This document shows positions 13,635 through 26,691 of a stretch of DNA of 64,000 bases, one piece after another (positions within the stretch are counted from its first letter, which is position 1; the number at the start of each line of letters is the position of its first letter). Source of the DNA: Rhina ancylostomus. Taxonomy: Eukaryota. A model generated the notes under the pieces. The model was not told the origin of the DNA. It searched no databases and was given only the letters and a program-made list of their open reading frames with translations. Location of the stretch: positions 11,185,337-11,249,336 of the forward strand of contig JARFYF010000068.1 in assembly GCA_030265395.1 (NCBI GenBank), in the 5' to 3' direction. The position numbers and the translations under genes are program-made.

Positions 13635-14420
13635 GACATAGTCATAGAATTATATAGCGTTGCAGCAGGCCCTTCGACCCAGTTTATCCATGGAAACCAA
13701 TTGCTTACCTGAGCTACTCCCATTTGCCTGCATTTGGCAAATATTCCTCCAAACTCTTCCTTTCCAGGTACCTAGTTGAATGTCTTTTGACGTTGTCATT
13801 GTACCCGCCTCTAAAACTTCCCCTGGAAGCTCATTCCACATATCTATTACCTTCTGTATGACAATGTTTACCTTCAGGGCCCTATTAAATATTTACCTTC
13901 TCACCTTCAATCAACCTGCTCCAGTTTTAGACACCACTACTTTGGCAAAATTTTCATTACTCTGTAAGGTCGTTTCTCAGCCCCCGATGGTACGGGGTAA
14001 ACAGCCCCAGCCTGCACATCCTCTCGTTGGAACTCAAGCCCTTCAGTCCTGTTAACATCCAACTGAAAATTCTCTGCAACATTTACCGTTTTATGACATT
14101 GTTCCTATATTTCAGTGAGCAAACCTGCTAATAATACTCGATGTGAGTTCTCACCAACAATTTCTACAGCCGTCACATGAAATCCCAACTCTTGCACTTA
14201 GTGTCCTGACTGATTAAGGCAATCGAGCCAACAACATTCACCCCCTCATTTACTTGTGTCGCTACTCTCAGGGAACAGTGATCATGTACTCCGGTGTCTC
14301 TCTGCTCTGCAACCTCCCCCAGGCCCTGCAGTTTGCAACGTCAGTCTAGCTCCTGCTTAGCTTCCTAAAATGCTCAACCGTACTTTCATCTTCCAATTAT
14401 TGGCTCAGTTTCCCAGTTCT
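13635..14420 (-). mobile_element. CR1 LINE 3' fragment
   Basis: ORF 13650-13841 WNELPGEVLEAGTMTT.. is the CR1 ORF2 C-terminal motif; CATAG-type tail at ~13640. Confidence 0.75.
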
Positions 14421-14479
14421 GGATTGGAAGAACACGGGAGAAGCAATGCAGATGGTGTTACCTGAAGTTCCAAAGTCAA

Positions 14480-15330
14480 TCTCATACAACAAGTTTGTTG
14501 GTTTCCCACATTGAACATGATGTGTTGTTCCTATACTTTGCGTTTAGCCTCATACTGGCTGTTGAAAATGCGGAGGTTGGGTAGATCAGTGTGATAATGG
14601 GAAGGGGAGCTGAAATACGATGCAACCTGGAGGTCACTATGATGAGAACGCAGGTTTTCTTCGAACCTGTCGTCTTGTCTATGTTTACTCTCACTAATGT
14701 CGAGGTCACATCGAGAGCACCGACTGCAGTAGGCGAGTTTGGAGGAGTTGCGGCAACAAGTGTTGCACCTCCTGCTGTTGCAGGGGAAAGTGCAAGGGAT
14801 ATGAGAGTGATCGATGTGGCTGAATGATTGGATCAGTGATTGATGGAGGGTCTGCTGCCTGCGGAGTACGTAAAGGGTATAATGGAAAAGATGTGGATCG
14901 TGTTAGGATTTCGTTTCAGCTAAAGTAAATCACTAAGGATAAGGCGTTGCAACCGTAGTCTGGTGAGGTGAAAGCATAGGAGCAAGGGAATTTTATTTAT
15001 GTTTTCTTTGTCGGGAGAAGCGTGAGGTCTGAAGTCCTGAAAATAGAGGAAGTGAAAGATAAGGCTCCAACTCACACAGGAGAATCCACATTTCCTGAAA
15101 ATTGAGTAAATTTCACATGTGGAATTTAAGGCCTCACCTTCAGCAAGAACAAATTCAGTCAGATGACGGTATTGGTGGCGGAGAACTGACTATTACAGAA
15201 ATAAAGGGAGGGCGGTAATACAATCCTGACTGGATGGGAATGTTGTGGCTGGATATCTGTAAAGACGGTGCATGCGTAGTGAAAAAGAGACTGCGGGGCC
15301 AGTGAATCGGAAGTTGTCATGATGGTAGAG
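14480..15330 (-). mobile_element. Penelope-like element remnant
   Basis: Minus strand ~14660-14745 reads LAYCSRCSRCDLDISESKHR, a degenerate GIY-YIG motif. Confidence 0.55.
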
Positions 15331-16081
15331 GGCTTGCAAGTTGTCCCTCATGTAGATGCGAAGGGACTGGCCAAGGCGATAGGAATATATTCATTTTACA
15401 CAGAGATAATCTCGGTGTCAAGGTATGATGTGATAAGCTTGTTGTCGTGTGATTACATCTCACAGTCTTGCGTTGTTTCATTCTCCCCCTCCGTCGCGCA
15501 CGTACCTCCGCATACATGCTGATAAACACATACGCACACACACAGCATTCATTTCTTCCTCCATTCACGCCTTTTTGTATCCATTCCCTTCAAGTAGATA
15601 AGCTGTGATTAGTAACCCTTCACCATACTCTCTTACGTGAGAGCACGACCAGTATGGTTTTCAGTCTCTCTTTAACGCCACACATCCACGGAATTTTTTT
15701 TTATTCTCGCCCTTCCTTTATCCCTCTCACCCTGGTGGTACATAAGTTTCTTCTCTTACCTTATATATGCTTCCCGAACTGTAAAGATTTATTTTCCTGA
15801 ATTTACTTCAAAATGTATCTCTCATGAAGCCTGAGAAGATCACTAATAACCTAAAACTGTTGAGCTTATTTCAACCAAAAGAACCAAAAATATTTATCTT
15901 TATTAGTTTATTTCACACCTTAAAGTAGTTGTTTGTAAATTAATTTAGACTTTCTTGCAATAGCAGAAATACATGCTAGACTACAAAAGGATTTGGAAAT
16001 GGGTGGTACGCCAAAAATTATTGCATTTCGCAGATTTGTCTGTGAGCAGTGCAAAGGGACAACTTGTTAAATTTGGATATA

Positions 16082-18456
16082 TCATTTCGTGTCATAACGC
16101 CATGTAACTTGCTTGAACAGACAGGTAATGAGAGCAATAGGGCGCTTAATCATATTCTTCAAATTTTCTCGGAAGTTTCTCTGGGACACTGCGTAAATGA
16201 AAGTGTTCGTGCAAGTACTCAAGCACCTTAACATGTAGCCAATTTTCTCGGCAATTGTGAAAGGGCCATTGTAATTTTCTACCAAAAACACTGTACAGAG
16301 ACAAAGCAGACAAAATTTACCATCCATAACAGAATAGAATTGCCAGATATTGCCAACAGTAAAATGATTGATTTCCTTCTATTCGCAACCTCTTGATCAA
16401 TCTGACATCTCTCATAGTTTCTTCCTCAGAGTTTATTCCTGACTCTGTTGGCGAGAAGAATATTTCTAATCGTCAAAGAATTGAACAAAAGGATCAATAC
16501 AAATGGTGCAAAAGGGGTGAAGATGTTTTCTAACCATAAATACACGATCCAAACAGGTAAGTAATAGAAGCTTGGTTTTACATAACACGACCATGGTACA
16601 TTGTCAATAATATCCCGAGGTTCAAATACAAAGTAGATTGGTATATTTTGTAAAATGCATAACAAACAAATCATTGCTATAACCTTTGATGCAATATTTG
16701 GGGTGCAATATTTTGTTCGTAACGTCTGGTAGCAAATAGCAACAAATCGGTCAAATGTGAAAGCAACAGTTAGCCATACAGAGCAATCAAATGAAACGAA
16801 AAGTAGGACGTGATTAAGGGTGCAGATTGGGGTGTAATTGAGGAATGAATGTGGAAGGTACGCCTCTTTGATCTCATACAAAATTGCGTCAAATATCAAG
16901 ACCATAAGATCAGCAGCTGCCATCCAGACTAGATATTGGATGATACATCTCGAGAGACCGCATTTTCCAAAGGACAGGATGAAGATTGTCACCAAATTCG
17001 TTGCAAACAAAGTAAAGAAATTGCATTATATATGCATCTGACAGTTGTCGAGTCGTTGATTTTCAAATTTGTCTTTACTTGTCTATCATGGCCTTCATTT
17101 TCTCTTTCTGAGGTTTCGAAAGTACGAGGTTAATGGAAGTAAAACGTTTCAGTAAGCATTACTAAAGCATTACTAACACATCCATGGTTGCCAGGCTAGA
17201 TGCAGACTTGTTTAAGTGCCGTGAAATAAGTATGCTTTTCATCATTTCTGCTGACTAGGCAATGCGATTTACATCTTGGCAATGATGACTTTCTTGCTCC
17301 CAATCAATTTCGAGAATGTTTACATTGCTGCACGAGGAGTGCTCATTTACTTTCATCTGCCTTCTAAAACTCATATTTTGCTATGTTGATTGTTGGATTT
17401 TCTTCAGTCTCAGTTGTTTCCTGAGCCACTAGAAAATGCTAATTTGTAGAAGTAACTAATGACAATCTGCACAGACATTCCGTTGTTAATCATAACTTCA
17501 CAATTTTGATCTCCCTTGTACGTTGATAATTCCTGAAATAAAAACCTTAATATAAACGCCGTCTAGCTGCAATTGACATGAGCCGTCTGCATCTTTTCTC
17601 GTTTCTCAGACCCCAAGAGAACATCATTCTTGAGCTGAGTGCCGTAATGTCTAGGGGATGAATTTGATTCCTGGAAGATCTGGGAAATCTTTAGTTCTAT
17701 GAGAGAGATGCAGTCGTGAAATTAGTGCAACGTGTCATAAATAAGGTAAGTGAAATGCATCACTTTCTATTAGCTCTGCATCTATAAATAAAGTGTACGT
17801 ATTATGTTCGTCTTCATATAGAGTCGAGCTGATGCAATGCTGAGAAGACTCAGCTATAAAATTGTTAATCACACACATCGCTGATGACAAATAGAGTCAT
17901 AGTCACAGAAGATTAGAGAATACTATCAGGCCTTAAAACCACCGAGTCCGCAAATACCATCAACCACTATTTTAATGCCAATCCGACATTAATCCCAACG
18001 TTTATTCTTGCAAACATAATCGTCAACTCTAGCGATATTTTGCTACTCACCAAGATCCAGGAGTAATTCAGGGAGGACAATTAGTCAATCAACCACCGGG
18101 TCTACGGGATGTGGTAGGAAACTGAAGTACCGGCAGGAAACCCAAATGCTCACAGGGAGAATATGTAAATTTTAAACAGACAGCACTGAAGGTGAGGATC
18201 GAACCCAGGTTTCTTGCGATGTGAGGCAGTGGCTCTAATAGCTGCGCAAACTCGTCGTCCAAAGAATAATTGACTTTCACTGAGGTATTGAAACTTAAAA
18301 TTTGAACTTTTTCAGAAACAGTGCTTATCGATGTTATTTATATCGCCAAGTCAAACGCATTAAAATTAAGAATATAGGTAGCTTACCAGGAATACCAATT
18401 AATGTAAGGATAGGATAGTAAATGCTTTCTATCTGCAGAATTACAGTCTTTGTCAT
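16082..18456 (-). pseudogene. GPR139-like GPCR pseudogene, copy 3 (exon 1 18456-18387, exon 2 17000-16082)
   Basis: Exon 1 MTKTVILQIESIYYPILTLIGIP-G|GTAAGC. Acceptor mutated (TTGCAA instead of TTGCAG). 194-aa ORF with WMAAADL and FDRFVAIC; CGA->TGA at 16426-16428; frameshifting deletion near 16285; C-terminus STCTNTFIYAVSQRNFR. Confidence 0.9.
17900..18250 (-). mobile_element. HE1/V-SINE in the intron of copy 3
   Basis: GTGGTAGGAAACTGAAGTACCGGCAGGAAACCCA..CACAGGGAGAA..ACAGACAGCA..GAGGATCGAACCCAGGT..GTGAGGCAG: antisense tRNA head (B box) plus V domain. Confidence 0.7.
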
Positions 18457-18526
18457 GATAGAAGTGAAATTACGTTTCTAATACATTCAACTGGCATGCA
18501 GATCTTCTATTTTCATTTTTCAGTCT

Positions 18527-18534
18527 AATTTATA
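18527..18534 (-). promoter_or_regulatory. Putative TATA box of copy 3
   Basis: TATAAATT on the minus strand, 78 nt upstream of the ATG at 18456. Confidence 0.55.
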
Positions 18535-19064
18535 CGTTGGAGAAATCTCCAGAGTGGAATGGACATTGCACAATGATTGGAATTGTTCACTCACGTGGTC
18601 AGACTGATTCAGGTGTGGTTTATGTTCTGCTTCTAATATGGTGATTGTGATTATTTGAACAAAGACCGATTCAGGATCCTCAACAAAAGGATTCCTAATC
18701 AGGAGGATGTGATATTTATTTTACCTTAATTTACCAAATAAATTTTCCTAAATAAAGGCGCCTGTTAAATCATAGCTCGCTTTCCGAAAGCAGCGGAAAT
18801 CCACTTTTCCAAATCTAAAGCAAAATTAATATTCTGTTCCTGATACAAATATTTTCTACCTTATATTTGCAAATATCAGTTCAAAACAACTGAAATCTTA
18901 AACTATCATCAGTCTTTTGTAGCGTGATTGTATTGTGATTGTTGACATGTGAACACAATCACGTTACCTACCTCGTCTCCAGTAGAATATTTGCGCTAGT
19001 TGTTTTTGTAAATATGAGGAAATGACAAGATAATAAACAGAAAAAAATCGGGTGCTAGTATTGT

Positions 19065-19440
19065 TATCAATTTATTAATGTTCCATGTCCCAAGATACAG
19101 TGAAAAACTTCTGTTTGCGTGCCATTCAGACAGATCATTCCATGCATATCGAGATAACCAGAAAAGATATTGCAGAATATATTGTTGCAGTTACAGAGAA
19201 AGTGCAGTGCAGCTAAACAAAAAAAGTGAAAGGACCACGACGATTTGGGAAATCAAAAATCCATCTTTAACGCATGAGAATTCCGTGCAGGGGTCTGATA
19301 ACAGGGAGATAGAACCTGTCCTTGAGTTAAGTGGTAGGCGCTTTCAAGCTTCTCGATCGTCTGCTTGACAGGAGAAGGGAGAAGAGAAACTGATCGGAAT
19401 GGGAGGGTAGGTCATTATGTTGGCTGCTTTTCCGACTGTC
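19065..19440 (-). mobile_element. Rex1/Babar-like LINE 3' remnant
   Basis: TTTATT..CATGT.CCAAGATACAGTGAAAAACTT...CTGATAACAGGGAGATAGAACCTGTCCTTGAGT..GTGGTAGGCGCTTTCAAGCTT; approximate. Confidence 0.5.
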
Positions 19441-20486
19441 TCAAACCATATGTTAGTTCTCGTTATCCAATATCAGTCCTTTTTGACGGCCGACATAGAA
19501 ATATTATTTTTGGAATTAAAAAAAAAGTTATTCAATATTTACTTTCACCAAGAAGTTTCAAGGCGACTTAGGGGAATCAACGCGCACGATATTTCTAAAC
19601 TATATGTCTACGGCTGTGAAAGACCAGGTATAATCTAAACACATTCTACTGCTCCAGATTTCGGTCTCCATTTTGGCAACTGTGGCTCCTCCGCCTTCGA
19701 TGAGATTAGAGCCAAATAATTTTAGTACGATGTCGAATCATTGAGAACTGCCTTTTAAAGAAGTTCTTAGCCTTTAGGTTACAAACGGGCTGTTCTGCAG
19801 GATCTCATAAATGAGATTTCATCACGTCAATTTTCAGCCAGGCCGAATAGGTCGTTGGAGAAAAATTCAGGGAACAGAACAGGTTGTCAACCTTTACCTC
19901 GGTCAAACTGACAATTAAGTTACTACACAATTAATTCAAAACTCACAGTTTATTGCATGCACGCAAACATGTACATCGATTATGTTAAGCCCTGGTTAAT
20001 AATTTACGTTCCTGAATACTGCTGGTCCTTTTTGTACCAGTTCACACAATAATGTCGACCTGTGACCAACTAACTTATAACACCATATGAGGAATCTTAC
20101 ATTAGTGATTGACCCTCTTTCTCCCTGGTGCAGCAGTGGTGGGGGGGGCGGGCGTTGGTATTGGTGGGAGCGGTGTTCCACCTTGCAGAGAGAGCGGAGT
20201 TCTCTCTGTTTTACATTAGTAATCCTCGTTCCCCATCCTCAGTATCTTCAGCTCGAACTGTTGTGTTTCGATTTCGTTGGCTCAGGTTTACCCGTGTCAG
20301 CTTCTAATTGGTGCTGGCCCACGGCTACACACAGTATTACTTTAGAGCTCACCCACCAGACATGGGCCTCATGTGCCCCTGAGTCACGACAGTTTAAACC
20401 ATTTTGGCTAGATCAGGAAGTTGCTGGGTGCATGTTATTGCAGGACCAAGACACAGACTGCACTTTTCTTAAGCCTGCATCTTACT

Positions 20487-21318
20487 TGTTACGAACCCGC
20501 AAAAAGAAACACACTGAGTCATGATTCACTGTTGAAACTACTTTATTATGACTACTTATGATAATAAGAAAAATAAAAAAATAATACAATGTTGGAAGTA
20601 AAAATGTTAAACCTTGAACATTAACCCCAAAAACTAAACTGTGTGTGTGTGTGGCAAATTCCCAAACTCCCAAGTCCAGGAATGATTATCAAAGTTCAGT
20701 TCAGCAAGCGATAAGGTGACCCATGAGCAAAGGCTTCTTCAACTCCCCCCGTTGTCTGAAGATAAGACGTAGATGTAGAGAGAAAACAGTGAGTAATTAC
20801 GAAATCCAAATGTTCCACGATGGAAACCAAACGACACCACAATGTTTACTCTGTAGTGACTTCCTGACCTCGAAAAGCATCCGAATCGTGGCCGTCCACA
20901 CAAATACCTGTTTCCATTTACAGGCTAACAACAAAATGGACTCCACTTCTTTGTTCCGAAGTGTCTGCCACACCCAAAGGCATCCGAGACGTGGCCATCC
21001 ACACCAAATACCTGTTTTCCTCTACAGGTTAACAATAAATTGGACTCCACACGATTACTTCAAAAATCTATTCGGGGATTGTAGTGACAGTCACAGTTGC
21101 TGTTTTTCATCCATCGATAGAGATAAGCAGGCTGGTATCTCTCTCTCTCTCTCTCTTTCTTCTTCTCTGACTGATACGGACTTTCTGCTCCAAACACGTA
21201 ATGACGTCCTCTCTCTTATGTTGATGTAAGCACGCCACACACAGACACACACGCACACGCACACACACAATGAATTATCTTAAAGGGACTTTCACCAATA
21301 ATAACCTAATCCGTAACA
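20487..21318 (-). mobile_element. Solo LTR (Gypsy-type), 832 bp, 4-bp TSD
   Basis: Termini TGTTACG...CGTAACA (7-bp inverted); TACT on both flanks (20483-20486, 21319-21322); AATAAA on the minus strand near 20545; internal ~60-bp direct repeat (CGTGGCC.TCCACAC.AAATACCTGTTT). Confidence 0.85.
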
Positions 21319-21873
21319 TACTAAATAACATCTCACAAACAACGTCTTAAATAGGAATGATCAAAGTTTCAGCATATTATCTGTAGGTTTCTCTCTGAGT
21401 TGACTTTAATTGCTTTTATCCAGCTAACTCTGAGCAAAACCAGTTCATAAAACATTCACAAAATGGTGGGTGCAGAATAGTCTCATAAAATGGCCTCCAT
21501 ACCTTTCAGGACTTGGCAAGCACAAAGACATTTCGTTTGTCTACTACCACTGTCCTTGACTCATTGCAGTTAGATTTTTTAAGATTTAAGCCTTCATGGA
21601 CAACAAGGTCGGGTCCGTTTCTATTTACTATGTGGCACTTATGCCGGTGGTATGGTCTGCAGCCGTTCTTTGCCCCTTCTCATGTCTAGACTCCTGAGGT
21701 AATCCGGTTTTCTCTGCTAATTCCTAGATCTATCACATAATAACTTCGATTGCGTACCTGCCTCGGTGTCGCTCTTTGGCTATGGGTGCAAAGATCACCT
21801 CTCTTCTTATATCTGTTTCAGGAAGTCATCAACTTTAGGAGTGGTTGGTTTTACCCTCTCAAGACGCTGACTG

Positions 21874-22229
21874 TGTCACAATGTAGAACAAGAGCAAGCT
21901 CAGAGAGAACCCAAATGCGGCACACTGGTACAGGACTGGATTCAGGATACTTCCTCAGGACCAAATACCAGCAGCAGTTGGAAGGAATCTTGCCTCGGAT
22001 ATCTGAGTAGGAATCCCAACACAAATTGAATCTTCAAACAGGAATAGAGAACACAGAACTGCTATAGATTAGACCACTCTAAGCAGCCAGGAGCCAAAGT
22101 ACACCCGAAGGTTGACCAATACTCTGGCAACTATTGCTAGAGAAACCCAGGTACTTATGCTAAGCCCCTGATGGGGCTCAGGTATGTGTCTTTATGTAAT
22201 CAGTCTAGCATGGAATCCATGTGCTGAAC
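21874..22229 (-). mobile_element. Truncated Sushi/Ty3-type LTR fused to receptor copy 4
   Basis: TGTCACAATG..AGAGCAA.CTCA.AGAGAACCCAAATGCG..GGATACTTCCTCAG matches the LTR at 42603-42993; it stops short of the CCATGACA end and runs straight into receptor TM5. Confidence 0.8.
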
Positions 22230-22682
22230 CTACCATTTGTTTTGATCCTCCTGTTCAATGCCTTAACGATAAGGCACATTATACTAGCTAACAGGGTCAG
22301 ATGCAAACTCCGAGGAAAGGAAAGTGAGAAGAGGCAGATGGATCAAGCGCTAGAAAACCGAAAGAGATCAATCGTATTATTACTTGCAATATCTGGCAGT
22401 TTTATTCTGTTATGGATGGTAAATTTTGTCTGCTTTATCTCAATACATTTTACCGATAATTAACTGATGAAAGACGATTACAATGACGCTTTCATCATTG
22501 CTGAAGGAACTGGATTCCAGTTACGATTTTTAAGTACTTGCACCAACACCTTCATATATGCGGCCTCCCAAAGCAACTTCAGGGAAGAAATGAAGAATAT
22601 GATGCAACGTCCACTTGTTCTTATCTCTAAAATATTTAAGAGGCTTGATAACTTCAAGAGACTCATCTCCATGCAAAGTTAA
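22230..22682 (+). pseudogene. GPR139-like receptor 3' half (TM5 to C-terminus), copy 4
   Basis: LPFVLILLFNALTIRHIILANRVR..ENRKRSIVLLLAISGSFILLW..STCTNTFIYAASQSNFREEM; in-frame TAA at 22461-22463; 5' half absent. Confidence 0.9.
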
Positions 22683-23289
22683 TTTCTGTCGTTAATTGGA
22701 GATGCAAAAGTCTTTATTTCTAATGCGAATTTCTTAGAGAATGTTGTGTTTACAAATATGCGTGGGATGTATTCTTATCCTGATATTTTAAAAGGCCTGA
22801 CTCATAAATAAGCAGCATATTACGATTCATTTAATTTTAAATAAAACGTTTCAGAAAATCTTTGCTCATTTAACAGACATACTCTTAACTACGGTTTGGC
22901 TTGCAGGGGCGATTCTCCCAATTGTCAGGGCGAAAGCTGATTCTTTGAGTAAAAGCAGAATATACTGGGAATGCACATACGTCACGCAATACATGTGTAA
23001 AAGCATAAGTGGCGTTTCAGGTCAACAACTCATTTGAAATTAATTTTATTTAAATATCAAAAAAAGTCGATTATAAAAGTGAATGTTTCTGATCAGTGGA
23101 GCATAGGCGACAGTAGCGGTTAATGTACTTTCAGACCAACACGAGAATGGGCAGGGAGTGGAAAGTAATGGATTATGTGCAGGCAGAAGCGATGTAGTTT
23201 AAATTGGCATTGTGTTCGGCACAGACGTGGGCGGAAGGGCCTTTTCCTAGGCCGTACTGCTCTATGTTCTGCTCTCTATAAGGTGTAGA

Positions 23290-23950
23290 CCAAGGGAGAC
23301 AGAATGATGTGTGAGGCAATGAAACCGGGCGAAAGTGGGTGCTAATTGCTTGCAGATCACAACTGATACTTCCGGAGACTGTGTTAGGTTGAAGATGAAA
23401 ACGGGAAGAGCGATGAACGATAAAGGCCGTTGCACATCGTGCGATTGCATGCTAAGTTTTATTGGGAATCATAAAGTTTGGCGACGAAGGAATAAATCAG
23501 TGATCTGAGGAATCTGAGAATACAGTGAAAGTGGAGGGAGACTAAATAGCGGTGCTCTTCGCATCACTTTGAAGGTAATGGAAATTTAGGAATATCATCA
23601 GTTGAATACAGAGGACAATTAGTCGACGTTCATGACAATCTGTTCCTCACCAGTGCTTTCGGCGGAGGTACGGTGGAAGAGTGTACAAATCATAGACATT
23701 GAACAAGAGCATTTTAGAATTCACCTATCTCTTTTGCTGGGAAATCAACACTAGAATTAGGAGTCCAGCAAACAATAGAAACTGGAAGATCACAAACAAT
23801 AATATGCAAAGTGGTCAAATATGACGGAGCCGGGTTATCTGCAAGAATGGACAAAAGTACTGGCATCAAGTGGAGAAAGACAGACATTATAACCCAGGAA
23901 GTCTGTGCACTTAAATTAAAATAAAGCTGAGATAGAGACGAATAAATCAG
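23290..23950 (-). mobile_element. Penelope-like element remnant
   Basis: Degenerate similarity to the other antisense PLE fragments in this window; approximate. Confidence 0.35.
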
Positions 23951-26308
23951 AAAAGTCAGAGACGAATCAGGCAAAAGACAATGCAGATCGAAAATTAACA
24001 GAGAAGATGGTGCAATATCTTGGCTAATTTTAAGAGCAGAAATTGGTGTAAGTATATTTACATATGCTGGAGGCAGGATGCTCTATCTGGGCTGAAGCAA
24101 GCATTACTGCATTCAGGTTACAAGTGGAGGTTAATGGCTTCGGTTCCAATAACGGAAAATTATTTGACGAAACTGCGTGGATGTGAGGACAAGTTCAGCC
24201 AAATCACAGTATGAAGTGGCGATGGTAACTGAATGCACCTATGTGTTCAGGAAAAAAAAAAGATCTGTCAGACTATTCTGGGAAATGTGTGTATGTGGGA
24301 CAATTGTAACTCTGGAAAAATTCTGTGAGTGGGAGACCTTGAAAAAGAGTGAGCAAGCGGGAGAAAGTGAGAAATAGTGAGAGAGAGTGAAATTAAATGA
24401 GTGATGGAGGAGTGAGTATGAGTGAGTGAGTGAATAACAGAACCATAGGGCACGAAAGAGAGAGAGAGAGAGACAGAGCGAGAGAAAATGGGGTTAGGTT
24501 AAAAAATATCTATGATAGGGTAGAGACCAATCATGTTCATTTGACAGAAGTGTTTTCCGTACCATGAGGTGAATTATATCATTTTTGTGATAATCGTAGA
24601 TTCAAGCAATAAAAAACGAAATTACAGTTGCAAAGCACATGAAATAAACAGGAGGTGGCGATATCTACGAAGGAAACTACCTGTTGTTAAAAAAAACTAA
24701 AAAAACATCTTGTTTTCAACGAACTTGTTCAGCACCTCTCACCAAGTTCACTGCATCTACACCCTCATGGCAAGATAAATCACGTTTGTTTCGCATTTTT
24801 CAATTTCAACTCGTGGTTAATTCACTTGAAACGTCAAATCCATTGCTCAATACAAAAAATGTTGTCCGACCCCTCCTGTGTATATTATTTTTAACTGAGG
24901 CTTTTCCTCGACGAGATTAAATACACATTTGTATTGGCAGAGCTATCAAGAAATAAGGAACACAGAATGATACGCATTGGCTTTAAATTTAAAAGAGACA
25001 TGTGAACCAGATTAATATTAAGGCGACGTCTAGGTAGAGTCTGGCTTTGATGTCGCCGGTGGAAATTCAGGCAAACTCCATTGTAGCATTCAAAAGGTAT
25101 CTGAATACGTGTCTGAAAGTATTTTATTTTGCATGGCAGTTATTTGNNNNNNNNNNNNNNNNNNNNNNNNNNNNNNNNNNNNNNNNNNNNNNNNNNNNNN
25201 NNNNNNNNNNNNNNNNNNNNNNNNNNNNNNNNNNNNNNNNNNNNNNNNNNNNNNNNNNNNNNNNNNNNNNNNNNNNNNNNNNNTAGACTAAATTGCCACT
25301 TCTGCGCAGTCACCTTTCTGCGATATTTTGATCATGCGCGTTTTATCCTTGTTCGGAATGTAGTCGGCTTTATTAAACAATTCCTAATCCCTATAAATTA
25401 AATGTAATTAATCTCTAAGAAACTGCATCTTATTTCAGTAACGTATCCAGAAGAACCCTTGTCTTCATGTTAATAATGAACAGATTTAGTGATAATGAAT
25501 GCACAAGAGAGATTGAGCCAATATAGTAACTGGCCCAGAGATGTGCCTTTAACACTGGACCACGATTTCTGTCATCGGGATTTTCAACCAATAACCCTTG
25601 TTGGAATAGGAGTGCCTCATGGCCATGATATTACAAATAGCAATTGGCTATACGCATCATGCTTCTGTGCAACGTAACATTGATTCTGGAATAAATGCTA
25701 ACCATTCATACTTTTGGCATGCAAACACGATTCACAAAGATTCACTCTATTATTTACGAGTCTTCCGCGTAAAATAACTCACTAAAAATCACTACTCATG
25801 CACGTAAGTTGACTCGACATTCAAAATGTATTTTTTTCAATTTTGCTGTTAATCATAGAATAAGTAAACGTTTAAAACACCTCAACAGAACATGTTCCTT
25901 ATATCCATCGATCTATACGTACACGTTTAACACGTTTCTTTCGTCACCCTATGTTCATTCAATTCCCGCTCAAAGGTTTCAATGGAACCTGTCCGACCAC
26001 ATTTGCAAGCTGTGGATTCCAGATTCCAACCGGATTCTAGGTTTAAGAGTCTTTTCTCACGTCTCCTCTCTTTGTACCCATATGCAATAGTCCTCGCGTA
26101 ATTCACAAAAAAGAATGGCATTGTACTATCCCTTCGTCGAGACAGCTCAGCGTTCAAATTACTTCCATCAAATATGTCACAGACTTCACTTCTCTCCCTT
26201 AAGTAATATGCAGCATATCTACTCTGAATTAAGACTCTCTGCCGACAATGATAAAATCCGGCATTGTTATCACTATATTAACTCTTATCAACCGAGCATG
26301 CCACTCAT

Positions 26309-26578
26309 TGTCATGGTTCTGAGTTCTGGCCCTCAATTTGGCTCCATTAATGCCTTATTGTCCAGCACATGGATTCCATGCTGGNNNNNNNNNNNNNNNN
26401 NNNNNNNNNNNNNNNNNNNNNNNNNNNNNNNNNNNNNNNNNNNNNNNNNNNNNNNNNNNNNNNNNNNNNNNNNNNNNNNNNNNNGCGTTTGTCCTGAGGA
26501 AGTATCCTGACTCCAGTCTTGTATCGGTGTGCCACATTTGGGTTCTCTGTGAGTTTGCTCTGGATCAACATTGTGACA
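26309..26578 (+). mobile_element. Sushi/Ty3-type LTR (spans an N gap) directly upstream of the intact receptor
   Basis: TGTCATGGTTCTG...GGATCAACATTGTGACA, reverse complement of the LTR at 42603-42993; no matching TSD (CTCAT vs GTATC). Confidence 0.8.
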
Positions 26579-26627
26579 GTATCTCCTTGTTTATTCGCCT
26601 CACCAGAAACGTACGTTCCCTCCGATA

Positions 26628-26691
26628 ATGGGATTGCCCCTAGAGTTAGCAGGAATTTATAATCCTATACTTGTAATAATTGGCGTTCCTG
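26628..26691 (+). CDS. GPR139-like GPCR copy 5, exon 1 (intact gene)
   Basis: MGLPLELAGIYNPILVIIGVP-G followed by donor GTAAGC; phase-1 intron as in all paralogs. Confidence 0.85.

Noticed and set aside
20087-21229. 145-aa and 168-aa ORFs
   Set aside because: No recognisable protein motifs; the second lies wholly within a solo LTR and includes microsatellite-derived residues.
25047-25401. ORFs running through X tracts (also near 26.4, 36.5, 47.3, 60.8 and 63.6 kb)
   Set aside because: Artefacts of assembly N gaps.
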